Counted from the stretch's first letter, positions 17,158-26,059 are shown. The stretch is DNA of 57,387 nucleotides from a virus (IMGVR_UViG_3300044836_000005:1-57387); one strand, 5' to 3'. A program made the numbers and translations. The notes: generated by a model from the sequence alone, not told the origin.

Positions 17158-17231
17158 TGCGTCCGGTCGGAATCGAACCGACAACCTAATGATTAAAAGT
17201 CATTTGCTCTAACCAATTGAGCTACGGACGC
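17158..17231 (-). tRNA. tRNA-Lys(TTT)
   Basis: Acceptor GCGTCCG/CGGACGC; D arm GCTC/GAGC; anticodon arm AATGA-CTTTTAA-TCATT; CCA not fully encoded. Confidence 0.95.
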
Positions 17232-17243
17232 TTAGTGGCAACC

Positions 17244-17420
17244 TCAATAGGTACCACCTTTTAACTCAAAATCTTTACATTCAAAATGGCGCTTCTGCGG
17301 AGGCAGGTTGCGGAGCTTGATAAACTTAAACGTTTGCCCTTTTTTGATTTCCTCTCCACAAGCGTCACAAGGTCCGTGATCGAACCTAGCCTTTTTAGTA
17401 ACATAAACTTTAACCGGCAT
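17244..17420 (-). CDS. Small zinc-finger-like protein
   Basis: CDACGEEIKKG...HFEC; likely start MPVKVY with AGGAAG upstream. Confidence 0.55.
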   Translation of the reverse strand: MPVKVYVTKKARFDHGPCDACGEEIKKGQTFKFIKLRNLPPQKRHFECKDFELKGGTY

Positions 17421-17592
17421 TTTGTGACTTCCTGTTCTTGTAATCAATTGATGCGAAAACCACAATGCAGATAATCGTAAAAATTATTGACAAAGCAATT
17501 ACGTCACTAAGCCAAAGGTTCGGCACTGTCAGCAGTGCGGCCAGATAGCAAAATGCAAAGATAATTGCAATTCGCTTACTTGAAAAATTCAT
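17410..17592 (-). CDS. Small membrane protein
   Basis: 60 aa with two hydrophobic segments; GGAGG ribosome site. Confidence 0.65.
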   Translation of the reverse strand: MNFSSKRIAIIFAFCYLAALLTVPNLWLSDVIALSIIFTIICIVVFASIDYKNRKSQNAG

Positions 17593-17735
17593 TGTTCCCT
17601 CCCTTCAAATGCATAAAGTGCTCGGCGCATATTTTCATAATAAATTCTCCTTAGCGCATAGTCTGGCGCTTTGTCGTTATCTCTTTCATTGATATAAAAC
17701 TTAACTGCTTCTGCCAACTTTTCGGCATCATCCAT
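17589..17735 (-). CDS. Small hypothetical protein (48 aa, not in the ORF track)
   Basis: MDDAEKLAEAVKFYINERD...; TAATG and ATGA overlaps with its neighbours. Confidence 0.6.
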   Translation of the reverse strand: MDDAEKLAEAVKFYINERDNDKAPDYALRRIYYENMRRALYAFEGREQ

Positions 17736-17935
17736 TAATCAGTCCGCCAATAATACATTTCAACTACATTACCGGGATAAGTAATTTCTACTACAGATGC
17801 CGTTTTCATCATCTCCCAAATAGGAGCCGGACAGGTGCTATCAATAACTTGGCGATGATTAGAAAGAACACCAAGCCGATGGCTCTTAAACATTAACCGC
17901 TTTTTAACATCTACCGGAACCATATCCGCTACCAT
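17735..17935 (-). CDS. Hypothetical protein
   Basis: 66 aa; AAGGGG ribosome site. Confidence 0.6.
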   Translation of the reverse strand: MVADMVPVDVKKRLMFKSHRLGVLSNHRQVIDSTCPAPIWEMMKTASVVEITYPGNVVEMYYWRTD

Positions 17936-18035
17936 CGTCGTCCCCTTTTCATTCTATAACTTTCATATTTGGCACATAAGATTCCCACGATAAACAATAT
18001 CGCTAGAATTATTAGGTCAGTCCATCTTTGATCCA

Positions 18036-18752
18036 TTAGTGAACCTCGCGAATCCACTTGACTTTAACACAACGATAACCGCCAGTATCCCTTTGCGTAA
18101 ATTCTACTGCCATATCGCATGGTTCCCGTTCGCCAGTTTTAATGTCAAGTTGATTGTAAATAAATCCTCTGACTTCTGCTACTTGGATTTCCTCGTACCA
18201 AAGATAATCTTTCCCGATACTTCGCTCAACTACGATGGTCCGATGAGAAATTGCTGTACGAATTTCGATTTCGTCGTCATCGTCGTCCCAATAAATTTGA
18301 AGCGCCGATACCGTGTCAACGACTCCCGAGCCCTTTTTAGCTCTAGTGGTTGTCTCGGTTGCTTCTGGATCTCGGCCGGTAAGCTCCGCATACGCTCGCT
18401 TTGCAGTAGGGCCAGAGCCTAGGCCAAGCATCTTGGCGACTTGCGACCAAGCTCTACCTTCGGTGTCCCTAGCGTGTTCGATTTGTTCTTTAGTGCAAGT
18501 AATTTCTCTTGGCTTGCGTCCTCGTTTGCCAGGGCTTGCCGATCCGGAAATCAGAGAGTTTTTCTTAGGTTTCCGGATCGGACTTTTAGCCAATTGGGGC
18601 TTAGGTTGTGTTTTTGCCAAAATTGGTTTAGCTATAGTTGTTTGTTTCCGCTCTATTGGCTTTATCAATTTTGGCAGAGGTTTTAGGGCATGATTGGTTG
18701 GCTCCTTTCGTGGCTCGCCCTTCTTGGTCGGGGAGAATCTTAGCGGCTTCAT
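18036..18752 (-). CDS. Putative HTH DNA-binding protein
   Basis: Basic Pro/Lys N-terminus, KRGRKPR, HTH-like AWSQVAKMLGLGSGPTAKRAY; start set at the ATGA overlap. Confidence 0.55.
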   Translation of the reverse strand: MKPLRFSPTKKGEPRKEPTNHALKPLPKLIKPIERKQTTIAKPILAKTQPKPQLAKSPIRKPKKNSLISGSASPGKRGRKPREITCTKEQIEHARDTEGRAWSQVAKMLGLGSGPTAKRAYAELTGRDPEATETTTRAKKGSGVVDTVSALQIYWDDDDDEIEIRTAISHRTIVVERSIGKDYLWYEEIQVAEVRGFIYNQLDIKTGEREPCDMAVEFTQRDTGGYRCVKVKWIREVH

Positions 18753-19051
18753 GCGAATTTCTCCGCAATACGCATGATGCACAAGTGATCCCAGTGCCGA
18801 ACCGGCTCGTTGTCACCGGCAAGGTACAATTCCGGCCGACGGCCAATCAATTCGTTGCACTCATCAATTGCGGCTCGGATATCGTCAGCGATTCGGAATG
18901 GCGTGCCACCAAACAACAAACAGGCGATTTCGCACATACCATCGAATTTTGCATTTGCGAGCTTCATATCTACCGGCCGCTTTTGGATCAGCCGGCCGAA
19001 TTGGTGATAGAGCTTCGAAGCAATTTCCATTTGGTTGGTCAAGGTTTCCAT
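18749..19051 (-). CDS. Hypothetical protein, leaderless
   Basis: 100 aa; ATG 6 nt after the -10 of P8. Confidence 0.75.
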   Translation of the reverse strand: METLTNQMEIASKLYHQFGRLIQKRPVDMKLANAKFDGMCEIACLLFGGTPFRIADDIRAAIDECNELIGRRPELYLAGDNEPVRHWDHLCIMRIAEKFA

Positions 19052-19057
19052 ATTCTT

Positions 19058-19086
19058 AAGTTACTCCCTGCTAGTTTCGGTGTCAA
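19058..19086 (-). promoter_or_regulatory. Promoter P8, leaderless
   Basis: TTGACA-17 bp-TAACTT-6 nt-ATG. Confidence 0.75.
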
Positions 19087-19104
19087 GCGGTTTTTAAGAA
19101 TTTC

Positions 19105-19290
19105 TCAGTCTGAGAGGATCGTGCAAGCTCTCGCCAACATGGCCCGAACATCGTTGGTGCTGGCACCAGTACGGCGAGACACCAGCGCAACCGCTTGATC
19201 TACCGTGCGATTGCGGAGCTTCATAATCTGGCGCACGGCGTCGAGAGTGATAAGCGCCGCTTGGTCGAAAGTGGTCTGCGTCGTTTGCAT
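19105..19290 (-). CDS. Hypothetical protein (61 aa), leaderless
   Basis: Start moved to MQTTQTT, 6 nt after the -10 of P9. Confidence 0.7.
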   Translation of the reverse strand: MQTTQTTFDQAALITLDAVRQIMKLRNRTVDQAVALVSRRTGASTNDVRAMLARACTILSD

Positions 19291-19296
19291 GAGAGA

Positions 19297-19326
19297 ATCT
19301 AACCATATCGGTTTGTGACCTGTCAA
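19297..19326 (-). promoter_or_regulatory. Promoter P9, leaderless, divergent from P10
   Basis: TTGACA-18 bp-TTAGAT-TCTCTC-ATG. Confidence 0.7.
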
Positions 19327-19403
19327 GACTTCCGGCAACATTTCTGCGAGAAACTTCGTTTTCCCTGGTCAGCCGCCATCTTTGGAAAATCTTTAGAAAG
19401 TGT

Positions 19404-19433
19404 TTGACACTTACTGGGTATCCGTGGTTAGAT
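19404..19433 (+). promoter_or_regulatory. Promoter P10, leaderless
   Basis: TTGACA-18 bp-TTAGAT-ATCTCC-ATG(19440). Confidence 0.7.
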
Positions 19434-19439
19434 ATCTCC

Positions 19440-19676
19440 ATGACCTCACCTCGCAAGACACTCAAGCTGCAAGACCTCATCGTACATATCAACGGAATTC
19501 TTGAAAATTCCACGGATGATATGCAGCAGGCTCGCCATGCTGTAGCCTCGGTGCTTGAGACACAATTGATGAACGCAAATGTTTACAAGGGTTTCAAATA
19601 CATTGGCGAGGGCAACGAAGCTGGCCAGATTGATGACTCTCGCCGTGCCTATTACCTACACTGGATTCTACTTTAG
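19440..19676 (+). CDS. Hypothetical protein (78 aa), leaderless
   Basis: MTSPRKTLKL...; first gene of the only plus-strand operon. Confidence 0.75.
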   Translation: MTSPRKTLKLQDLIVHINGILENSTDDMQQARHAVASVLETQLMNANVYKGFKYIGEGNEAGQIDDSRRAYYLHWILL

Positions 19677-19682
19677 GGAGAA

Positions 19683-19877
19683 ATGATGAAAAATAACAGT
19701 AAACTGCGGAAGCAGCAACGGAGGGCCGATGCCGAAACTAGGCAAGCTCACTGGGAGGGCTTGACCAATTTAGAAAAAGTTGCAATTCTTAAGCGTCGGC
19801 ATGGTGAAAGAGATTATATGTATTGTCGGGAATATCAAAAGATGCTAAGTGAACAGGATAACGCTTATGCCTCGTGA
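19683..19877 (+). CDS. Hypothetical basic protein
   Basis: 64 aa; GGGAG ribosome site. Confidence 0.7.
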   Translation: MMKNNSKLRKQQRRADAETRQAHWEGLTNLEKVAILKRRHGERDYMYCREYQKMLSEQDNAYAS

Positions 19878-19989
19878 AAATTGGCATCCCTCAATGGGAA
19901 AACAAATTGATGATCCTGATTACCGCAAGCTTGAAGATTTGCAATCAGATGCAGAGGATTTGCAGCGAGACATAGACGATAACGATTAA
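19867..19989 (+). CDS. Small acidic hypothetical protein (40 aa, not in the ORF track)
   Basis: MPRENWHPSMGKQIDDPDYRKLEDLQSDAEDLQRDIDDND; AGGA upstream; ends just before a terminator. Confidence 0.5.
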   Translation: MPRENWHPSMGKQIDDPDYRKLEDLQSDAEDLQRDIDDND

Positions 19990-20000
19990 CCATAAACAAC

Positions 20001-20042
20001 AAAAAGCCCTAGTTCCGGAGCAATCCAGAGCTAGGGCTTTTT
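20001..20042. terminator. Bidirectional intrinsic terminator
   Basis: AAAAAGCCCTAG...CTAGGGCTTTTT between convergent operons. Confidence 0.85.
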
Positions 20043-20061
20043 GCGTTATGCTATTAAATAT

Positions 20062-20445
20062 TTAGCCTTCAAATGGCGGACTGTCCGGACCGATACCACT
20101 ATTCGGCGCAAGTTTGCCGTTAGGGGTTGAGCTAGTGAGATTAAGCGGCTTGTAAATATTTACATATGCGGCAATTGCGCCAACGGTAGTGAGGAACCAC
20201 ATTAAGAATGTGAGCCAACTAATTACCGCTGTTCCGTCGGCCAACGTGGCACTAGTAATAAGTGCAACAATGGCACTTAGAATAATAGTAATCACGCCTT
20301 TTACTGCAGACGGGAGCGTCACCTTCGTGAGCAAACCATTAAGAATTGGCACTAAAGTACCAACACCAGCGCTAACCACTAGGGCGGGGATATGCAGTGC
20401 ATCATTTTGCACTTGCTCTTGAGACACTTGCAACAAAATACTCAT
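20062..20445 (-). CDS. Holin-like membrane protein
   Basis: Three predicted transmembrane segments; in the lysis cassette. Confidence 0.65.
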   Translation of the reverse strand: MSILLQVSQEQVQNDALHIPALVVSAGVGTLVPILNGLLTKVTLPSAVKGVITIILSAIVALITSATLADGTAVISWLTFLMWFLTTVGAIAAYVNIYKPLNLTSSTPNGKLAPNSGIGPDSPPFEG

Positions 20446-20873
20446 TTAGTTTCGCCTTTCGGGCAAATAGCTGGGATAGTTATTGATGGGTTATTAATGC
20501 TATCAATATAAGATTTGGCACATTTCAAAATATTTGTTGCGCCTGGCGTTAATGTATTCGGATCAGCCGTAACGGGAGTTAAAGCTTTGAGAGTATTAAC
20601 ATAATCTACAATTGATAATAAATCTTGACGTTCTACTCTGTTTTGATCGGTTACCGTTAAAACTCTAACCAAAATAAAACTTACCAAGCTAGTTTGGATA
20701 ATAAAGAAAACGGTTACAATCGCTAAAACCCAATTACTATGTTTTCGTGCTCGCCGTTCTTTTGCAATGTCTCGCCGGTTGCTTTCTAATGCTTCTGTTG
20801 TTGCCGTTAAATTCTCGGCCATTGCACTAACGGAATCAGTTAGATCCTGAATCGGGTCCACCACTTCGGGCAC
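20442..20873 (-). CDS. Membrane protein, lysis cassette
   Basis: Coiled-coil-like N-terminus, one transmembrane segment, C-terminal Cys pair. Confidence 0.65.
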   Translation of the reverse strand: MPEVVDPIQDLTDSVSAMAENLTATTEALESNRRDIAKERRARKHSNWVLAIVTVFFIIQTSLVSFILVRVLTVTDQNRVERQDLLSIVDYVNTLKALTPVTADPNTLTPGATNILKCAKSYIDSINNPSITIPAICPKGETK

Positions 20874-20997
20874 TCCTTTGTGCAGTTATTAAGTTTTGTA
20901 GCTCGGTAAGCGCTCTTTGCGCTTCATTTAATTGAGATTGGATACGATCATCTAACTCATCTGATTTTTCTTTCTCTTTAACCATTGAGAATCTCAT
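20836..20997 (-). CDS. Small coiled-coil hypothetical protein (not in the ORF track)
   Basis: MRFSMVKEKEKSDELDDRIQSQLNEAQRALTELQNL...; fills the gap with an ATGA overlap. Confidence 0.45.
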   Translation of the reverse strand: MRFSMVKEKEKSDELDDRIQSQLNEAQRALTELQNLITAQRSARSGGPDSGSN

Positions 20998-21311
20998 CTC
21001 GCATCTCTATTCATCTTTTCTGCCTGTAGCCTCGCCGCTTTTTCAATTGCCAATTCATCAACCAAAGTTTTAACTAATCTATTTGATTCTTTGATCGTCT
21101 CTTGCGTGCTACTCACAAGCGGCAACACTAATTCTTGATACGCAATTAACTTTGTGTATACGTCTTTTTTCTCCTTTTCTGACTCGTCAAGTCGTTTACT
21201 TCCCCAAATGAGAACCATAATAATGATTGCAATAAACGGAATTGCGATTCCCAATTGGGCCGGTAATGGAATTGTTGTAGCGTCAGCAATTAAAATTGGG
21301 AATCGCAACAT
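20994..21311 (-). CDS. Membrane protein, holin-like
   Basis: N-terminal transmembrane segment followed by a coiled coil. Confidence 0.65.
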   Translation of the reverse strand: MLRFPILIADATTIPLPAQLGIAIPFIAIIIMVLIWGSKRLDESEKEKKDVYTKLIAYQELVLPLVSSTQETIKESNRLVKTLVDELAIEKAARLQAEKMNRDAR

Positions 21312-21312
21312 A

Positions 21313-21594
21313 TTAATTCCTTACATGCTCAATAGCATCATCACAAATCGGTCGGGCGAGTGGTGCCATTTTGAATTCATTTTCATCTAAATTTGCACAA
21401 ATCAAAAACCGAGTCTTGTATCCATTTTGTTGTGTTTGTTGTGCGGTTGCTTTTCCTTGATAAGCGGTTGAAATATCCCAGCTAAGTAAAAACCCTACAA
21501 TTAATAATACGATTAAAATTATCCATTCTAATCGACTTATTGAGTGATCTTTAACTAGATTAAGGGAAACCGAATTGCCATCAATGCTTTCCAT
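21313..21594 (-). CDS. Membrane protein
   Basis: One transmembrane segment and a Cys pair; start uncertain. Confidence 0.55.
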   Translation of the reverse strand: MESIDGNSVSLNLVKDHSISRLEWIILIVLLIVGFLLSWDISTAYQGKATAQQTQQNGYKTRFLICANLDENEFKMAPLARPICDDAIEHVRN

Positions 21595-22349
21595 GTATCA
21601 CCGCCAACAATTCCATCGCTTGTTAACTTAAAGAATGCCTGCAATTGTTTAATTGCGGTTTCCGTTTCCTCTCCGAAAGCTCCGTCAACTGTAACAGTTG
21701 CTCCGTTATATTTAAGCATTTCTTGGAGCTTTGTTACTGCCGGACCCTTATCGCCAATTGCTAAAATTGGCAAATCAATTGATATTGTCACTTTTCCGCC
21801 TTTGACTACTGTTACCATATCTGTGCCTTGATGAACCTCTATTGGGTGCCCAATGATAGCTGTACCCCAATTGATTCCGCTTGATAACTCAAACGGGGAA
21901 GCTTGACACTCGAAATGCATAGCGTCATAAACACTGTCGTTTGTTTCATTATCGCCGTTCCAATCGCCGCCCCATCTCCAAACTTGTTGGCCTGATTTAG
22001 TTCGAATTTTTTCGATATCATCAATCATCGCTCTTGGCATATCTGTAATTAATCTTTTGCCGTAGGGATTTGTGCGCCAATTAACATCTACTGCGATAGC
22101 GTGAGCGTGAAGCGAGGGAGCAGAGCCGGCAGTGATCGGCCGACAATTGTAACCGCCAGTGTCCTCATGCCTCGGATGGTAATTGTGGTATTTGAATAAT
22201 TCGTCAAGTGCTTTCATAGCTCCTGAACTAATTAATTCAATTGCCATTTGTGCTCTTGCTCCGGTATGGAACGTGAACCAATCGGTTTTGCGATGACAAG
22301 CGGTAGGCCATAGGTTCCGCATTTGTTGAGTTGAACGTTTAACGCTCAT
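21555..22349 (-). CDS. Endolysin: M15-family peptidase plus peptidoglycan-binding domain
   Basis: SLHAHAIAVD, WGGDW, DAMHFE; C-terminal VDGAFGEETETAIKQLQ...DGIVGGDTW. Confidence 0.9.
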   Translation of the reverse strand: MSVKRSTQQMRNLWPTACHRKTDWFTFHTGARAQMAIELISSGAMKALDELFKYHNYHPRHEDTGGYNCRPITAGSAPSLHAHAIAVDVNWRTNPYGKRLITDMPRAMIDDIEKIRTKSGQQVWRWGGDWNGDNETNDSVYDAMHFECQASPFELSSGINWGTAIIGHPIEVHQGTDMVTVVKGGKVTISIDLPILAIGDKGPAVTKLQEMLKYNGATVTVDGAFGEETETAIKQLQAFFKLTSDGIVGGDTWKALMAIRFPLI

Positions 22350-22627
22350 GCATTTATTACCTTTCCTTGTATGACCCATGTAGCGCCACTTCGTAAAAGT
22401 TCTACTCGATCACCAGCGACAGGAACATAAGGTGAAATATATGGGTACTTTTTAATTGAAACTGAAAATTCTCCGTCCCAAATAACCGCCGGCAATCCAG
22501 AAACATATGAGGGATCTATGTTGCCAAATCCAATCCACTTTTGTTCTTCTGTTGCGCCTTTAGACATTTGTTGTTTTATGACTGGAATAATTACATCTCT
22601 CAAAAACTTAAGCGGATCGGTGCTCAT
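22346..22627 (-). CDS. Minor tail protein
   Basis: YVPVAGDRVELL...WVIQGKV pattern of small tail-tip proteins. Confidence 0.6.
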   Translation of the reverse strand: MSTDPLKFLRDVIIPVIKQQMSKGATEEQKWIGFGNIDPSYVSGLPAVIWDGEFSVSIKKYPYISPYVPVAGDRVELLRSGATWVIQGKVINA

Positions 22628-25600
22628 ACAGGTACCACCTTTCTAACCGTATGCTTCATTTGTGCGCCGATTCGCAAATCAGTTTCCCAACTAGTTTCTG
22701 AAAATTTGTCAGCAATACCGAGTGGTGTATAACCAATTTCGATAATGTCGTCGTGACCATGTACCGGCATTAATGCAGTTTGGAAAGTAATATGTTCGTA
22801 CACTTGGCTTGCTTGAAACGCAATTCTTTTAACTTGTGCGTCTAGTGTTGCTTGGTCGATTGCATCGCTATCCGTGCGAGCGTCAACAATTGTGCGCCGA
22901 CGATTAACGGTACTCGTCGGGCTATTTCCGTTTGAATTCGTATAAGAGGAAATTAATACTGGCCGGTCAGGTTGGCTTACGACCGAAACCCATTTATTTG
23001 GAACACTGAATAAATCAAGCTCTTGCGAAAAATCTGGGAACAAAACCGACTTATCGTCGTTCTTATATTGATGATTTGCCGAACGGTTGCTAGGAGCAAT
23101 ATAAGGTGCAAGCACTGGGCTTACGTCTTCGAAATACAATGACTTAAAGTTGATAATATCAAGCAAATTGTTAATAACCGTTAACTTCTTTGTGCCAGGA
23201 TCCCATTCCCGAGTGGTCGGCATTGTGTAATCGGTTGTGCGCTCAATGATAGCGGTTGCTGGGTCAATACCAGATGACTCAAGAACATCAAGGATCAAAT
23301 CGAACACGACGGCATCCTTCGCCGCAGTAAATCGACCTTCGAATTTATCTTCGTTCAAAACTACGCCTTGATCGTATGCCTCAATTTCTCGATAAACAAT
23401 TTCTCCGTCACTGCTCCGAGTTGGGCTACTTAAAAGAAACACTCCCTGAGATAACGGTACCCAAAGGCCATTCGGCATTAATACATCAACAATTGGGCGA
23501 ATACGATCATTCAAAAAGTCGATGCCATATCCCAAATCTTTAATCTTAAATTTAGCTGTGCGCTTGATATCTGCAAGTGATGAGTGGGCGACGGATGCCG
23601 AAATTATTGTTCCTTCTTCTTTTGCGTTGCTCAATTCATATTTGAAATTATTGTCAGCATCTAGCAATTCATACCGGAACCGTAATCGCCGACTGTCACC
23701 CTTTAATTGATCGACAATTTGTGATCTTGTATAGGCAATAAAAATCGGTGCGGGAGCAACAGCAAAACTTAAAAATGTATATGTCCGGCCGGCTGATTTG
23801 CCAAGCAATTTTTGGCGAACCGCTATACGAACTAATGCAGTTGTTGTTTTGCCGGCACTTGCACCAACCAAGCGGCTCCGTAAATTGAAGTGGTCAATAG
23901 CGGTTGTCGTACTCCCTACACTTGCACCGCTGAATTTCCTACGTGCTCCCGATAGTGGCGAGCTAGTTACAGTCTTGCCAAGGCTGGCACCAACAACTTG
24001 ATTTCGTGGGAAAGTTCTAAATTTGTCGGCGGTAACTGTTGTTTTACCAAGGCTGACACCGCTGAACCGTTGACGTACATTTAATGTAGGGCTAGAAGTA
24101 ATTGTTTTGCCAAGACTTGCGCCATTAACAGGAACATAAAATTCCGGAATATTTACATCTTCAAAAATAGCCGGGGTTAATCCGGTGGCCGCTCCGCCCG
24201 CACTAGCAGCCCCAAATAATGCAACAACTGCATAAACTTCCCAAGTCGGGTTATAAGTAACTTGTGTAGTCCACACGGTTCCGCTAGGAGAGGTTTCAAT
24301 AACTATTGAATTCGGGCCAGCGTACCTAACTCGCCACCAAATATGCTGAGTAGGATCATATGGGATTGTTATAATGGTTGGGTCATAAACGCCGTTGTTT
24401 TTTAATCTAATTCTTAAGTTGCCAGTTGATGACCCAGCGGCTTTAATTACGTCAATATCTAATGTACTGTCGCCTGTACGTGGATAAAGATGAAAGCCAG
24501 TATAAACACTTCCCGCTCCACCAGCGCTTTCTGCAGTTTGTACGACCTTCACATAAATAGCACTATTTTGTAAATCATAATTAGCAACGCTTGCATAAAC
24601 TTCATAAGTGCCAGAGTTTGAAACCGGCGTAATAACTAATTGCCCGCCAGTTTCAACCGCACCAGCAGTTTTATTCCACTTAGCGGCGTCATATGTGTTG
24701 TCGTTGAAATCATCAGTTAGCGTTTCAATTAAATCAAAACCGCTTAGATATTGTGAAGGGGTTGCAGTCTTACCAAGACTGGCACCTGACAACCTTCTGC
24801 GAGCAACGATGGCACTTAGATTAGTTGTAGTTTTGCCATTTTCTGCGGCGGAAATTTGGTTGCGAGGAAACGTCCTAAATTTATTTGCAGTAACGGTAGT
24901 TCTTCCGACGGAAGCGCCAGACATTTGTAAGCGAATTCTCGGAGTGCCAACCGTCGTTGTTTTGCCAGATGATGCGCCAGATACTTGGACAGTATCGAAG
25001 CTAGTAATCGTGAACGCACCAAAGAAAATCGTGTCATTTTGGTTAGTTCCGTCTTGGTTGAGAGCTAAACCAAAGTTCCCGGCAGCAGGAACATCAGAAC
25101 TATTTAATACCGTAACTGTCCAGTTAGTATCAGAACCGACTCCGCCCGGCTCACTTGCAGCAGAGGTATACCAAAGTTTTACTTTGTGGTCGAAGTTGGC
25201 CCCATTCGCCACCACTCTAATGCGGACATAAAATTGAACGCCAATGCCTATAGCGGACAATGACCCTGCGGAAAAGGTAGCCCTAGTGGTGGCGAAAGCG
25301 GCAACAACGCTTCGAAGAACAGCAGTTTTTGCAAGTACAGAAAGGTCTAAGACCCATCCGTCTTGCGGATACGTTCCACTCCAACCATTATTAATGTGGT
25401 ATGCAATTGAAAGCAGCCCTTCCGTACCAAAGCGGCACGGAATTGCACCAGTATCAAACTTTTGATATGTCTCAGTTGTGCGTTCATCAATCCAGTCATT
25501 AAAACCACCACCTAACGTTAAATTTGTAGAAAGCCGTCCCTCCCCTGATTGCGTATCGGCGAATGCCGTCGCCCCAGTGTTGATAGTTGCGATCCAAGTT

Positions 25601-25653
25601 GCGGGCCAAGCTGCGCCATTTGCGCCCGGCCAGTTATAAGTGGTGGTAGGCAT
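22624..25653 (-). CDS. Minor tail protein: fibre-like repeats and lectin-like domains fused to a tail hub domain
   Basis: About ten SGASxGKT-type repeats; C-terminal IKRTAKF...GVFLLSSP...VPNKWV hub-like region. Confidence 0.75.
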   Translation of the reverse strand: MPTTTYNWPGANGAAWPATWIATINTGATAFADTQSGEGRLSTNLTLGGGFNDWIDERTTETYQKFDTGAIPCRFGTEGLLSIAYHINNGWSGTYPQDGWVLDLSVLAKTAVLRSVVAAFATTRATFSAGSLSAIGIGVQFYVRIRVVANGANFDHKVKLWYTSAASEPGGVGSDTNWTVTVLNSSDVPAAGNFGLALNQDGTNQNDTIFFGAFTITSFDTVQVSGASSGKTTTVGTPRIRLQMSGASVGRTTVTANKFRTFPRNQISAAENGKTTTNLSAIVARRRLSGASLGKTATPSQYLSGFDLIETLTDDFNDNTYDAAKWNKTAGAVETGGQLVITPVSNSGTYEVYASVANYDLQNSAIYVKVVQTAESAGGAGSVYTGFHLYPRTGDSTLDIDVIKAAGSSTGNLRIRLKNNGVYDPTIITIPYDPTQHIWWRVRYAGPNSIVIETSPSGTVWTTQVTYNPTWEVYAVVALFGAASAGGAATGLTPAIFEDVNIPEFYVPVNGASLGKTITSSPTLNVRQRFSGVSLGKTTVTADKFRTFPRNQVVGASLGKTVTSSPLSGARRKFSGASVGSTTTAIDHFNLRSRLVGASAGKTTTALVRIAVRQKLLGKSAGRTYTFLSFAVAPAPIFIAYTRSQIVDQLKGDSRRLRFRYELLDADNNFKYELSNAKEEGTIISASVAHSSLADIKRTAKFKIKDLGYGIDFLNDRIRPIVDVLMPNGLWVPLSQGVFLLSSPTRSSDGEIVYREIEAYDQGVVLNEDKFEGRFTAAKDAVVFDLILDVLESSGIDPATAIIERTTDYTMPTTREWDPGTKKLTVINNLLDIINFKSLYFEDVSPVLAPYIAPSNRSANHQYKNDDKSVLFPDFSQELDLFSVPNKWVSVVSQPDRPVLISSYTNSNGNSPTSTVNRRRTIVDARTDSDAIDQATLDAQVKRIAFQASQVYEHITFQTALMPVHGHDDIIEIGYTPLGIADKFSETSWETDLRIGAQMKHTVRKVVPV

Positions 25654-25656
25654 TAT

Positions 25657-26058
25657 TTAATCCTCAGTGAAAGTTAAAGCGCCAATTGCAAATTCGACAG
25701 GATCACCAGTTAACACGGTGCGGCTTACAGCGAGGTCGCCCCAGTAACGCATGGTTCCAACGGTAGCGGCATCAAATAAAGCCCATGCGACAATGGTTCC
25801 CCATCCGGCAGTTGCCGTCGGGAATGCAATAATTGCAGCGTTGCTAACGACACTGCCGGTCCGTGCAAAGGCGGTTGTTCCACGAATTTGCGCCACCCTG
25901 GCATATGAACCGCCAGTGACCTCGGTGCCACCGCCAGCATCGGTAGGAGCGGCAGTAAATAGCGCAACATACCAAGTACCAGGAACGGTATAGGTAACGG
26001 CTCGAAATTCATAATCAAGCCAAGTTGCTTCCTGTGTATCTGTCTTAGACCCAGCCAT
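25657..26058 (-). CDS. Tail fibre-associated small protein
   Basis: YVALFTAAPTDAGGGTEVTGGSYAR...FPTATAGWGTI pattern. Confidence 0.75.
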   Translation of the reverse strand: MAGSKTDTQEATWLDYEFRAVTYTVPGTWYVALFTAAPTDAGGGTEVTGGSYARVAQIRGTTAFARTGSVVSNAAIIAFPTATAGWGTIVAWALFDAATVGTMRYWGDLAVSRTVLTGDPVEFAIGALTFTED

Positions 26059-26059
26059 T

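Noticed and set aside
19094-19513. 139-aa minus-strand ORF
   Set aside because: Spans two divergent promoters and overlaps better-supported genes on both strands
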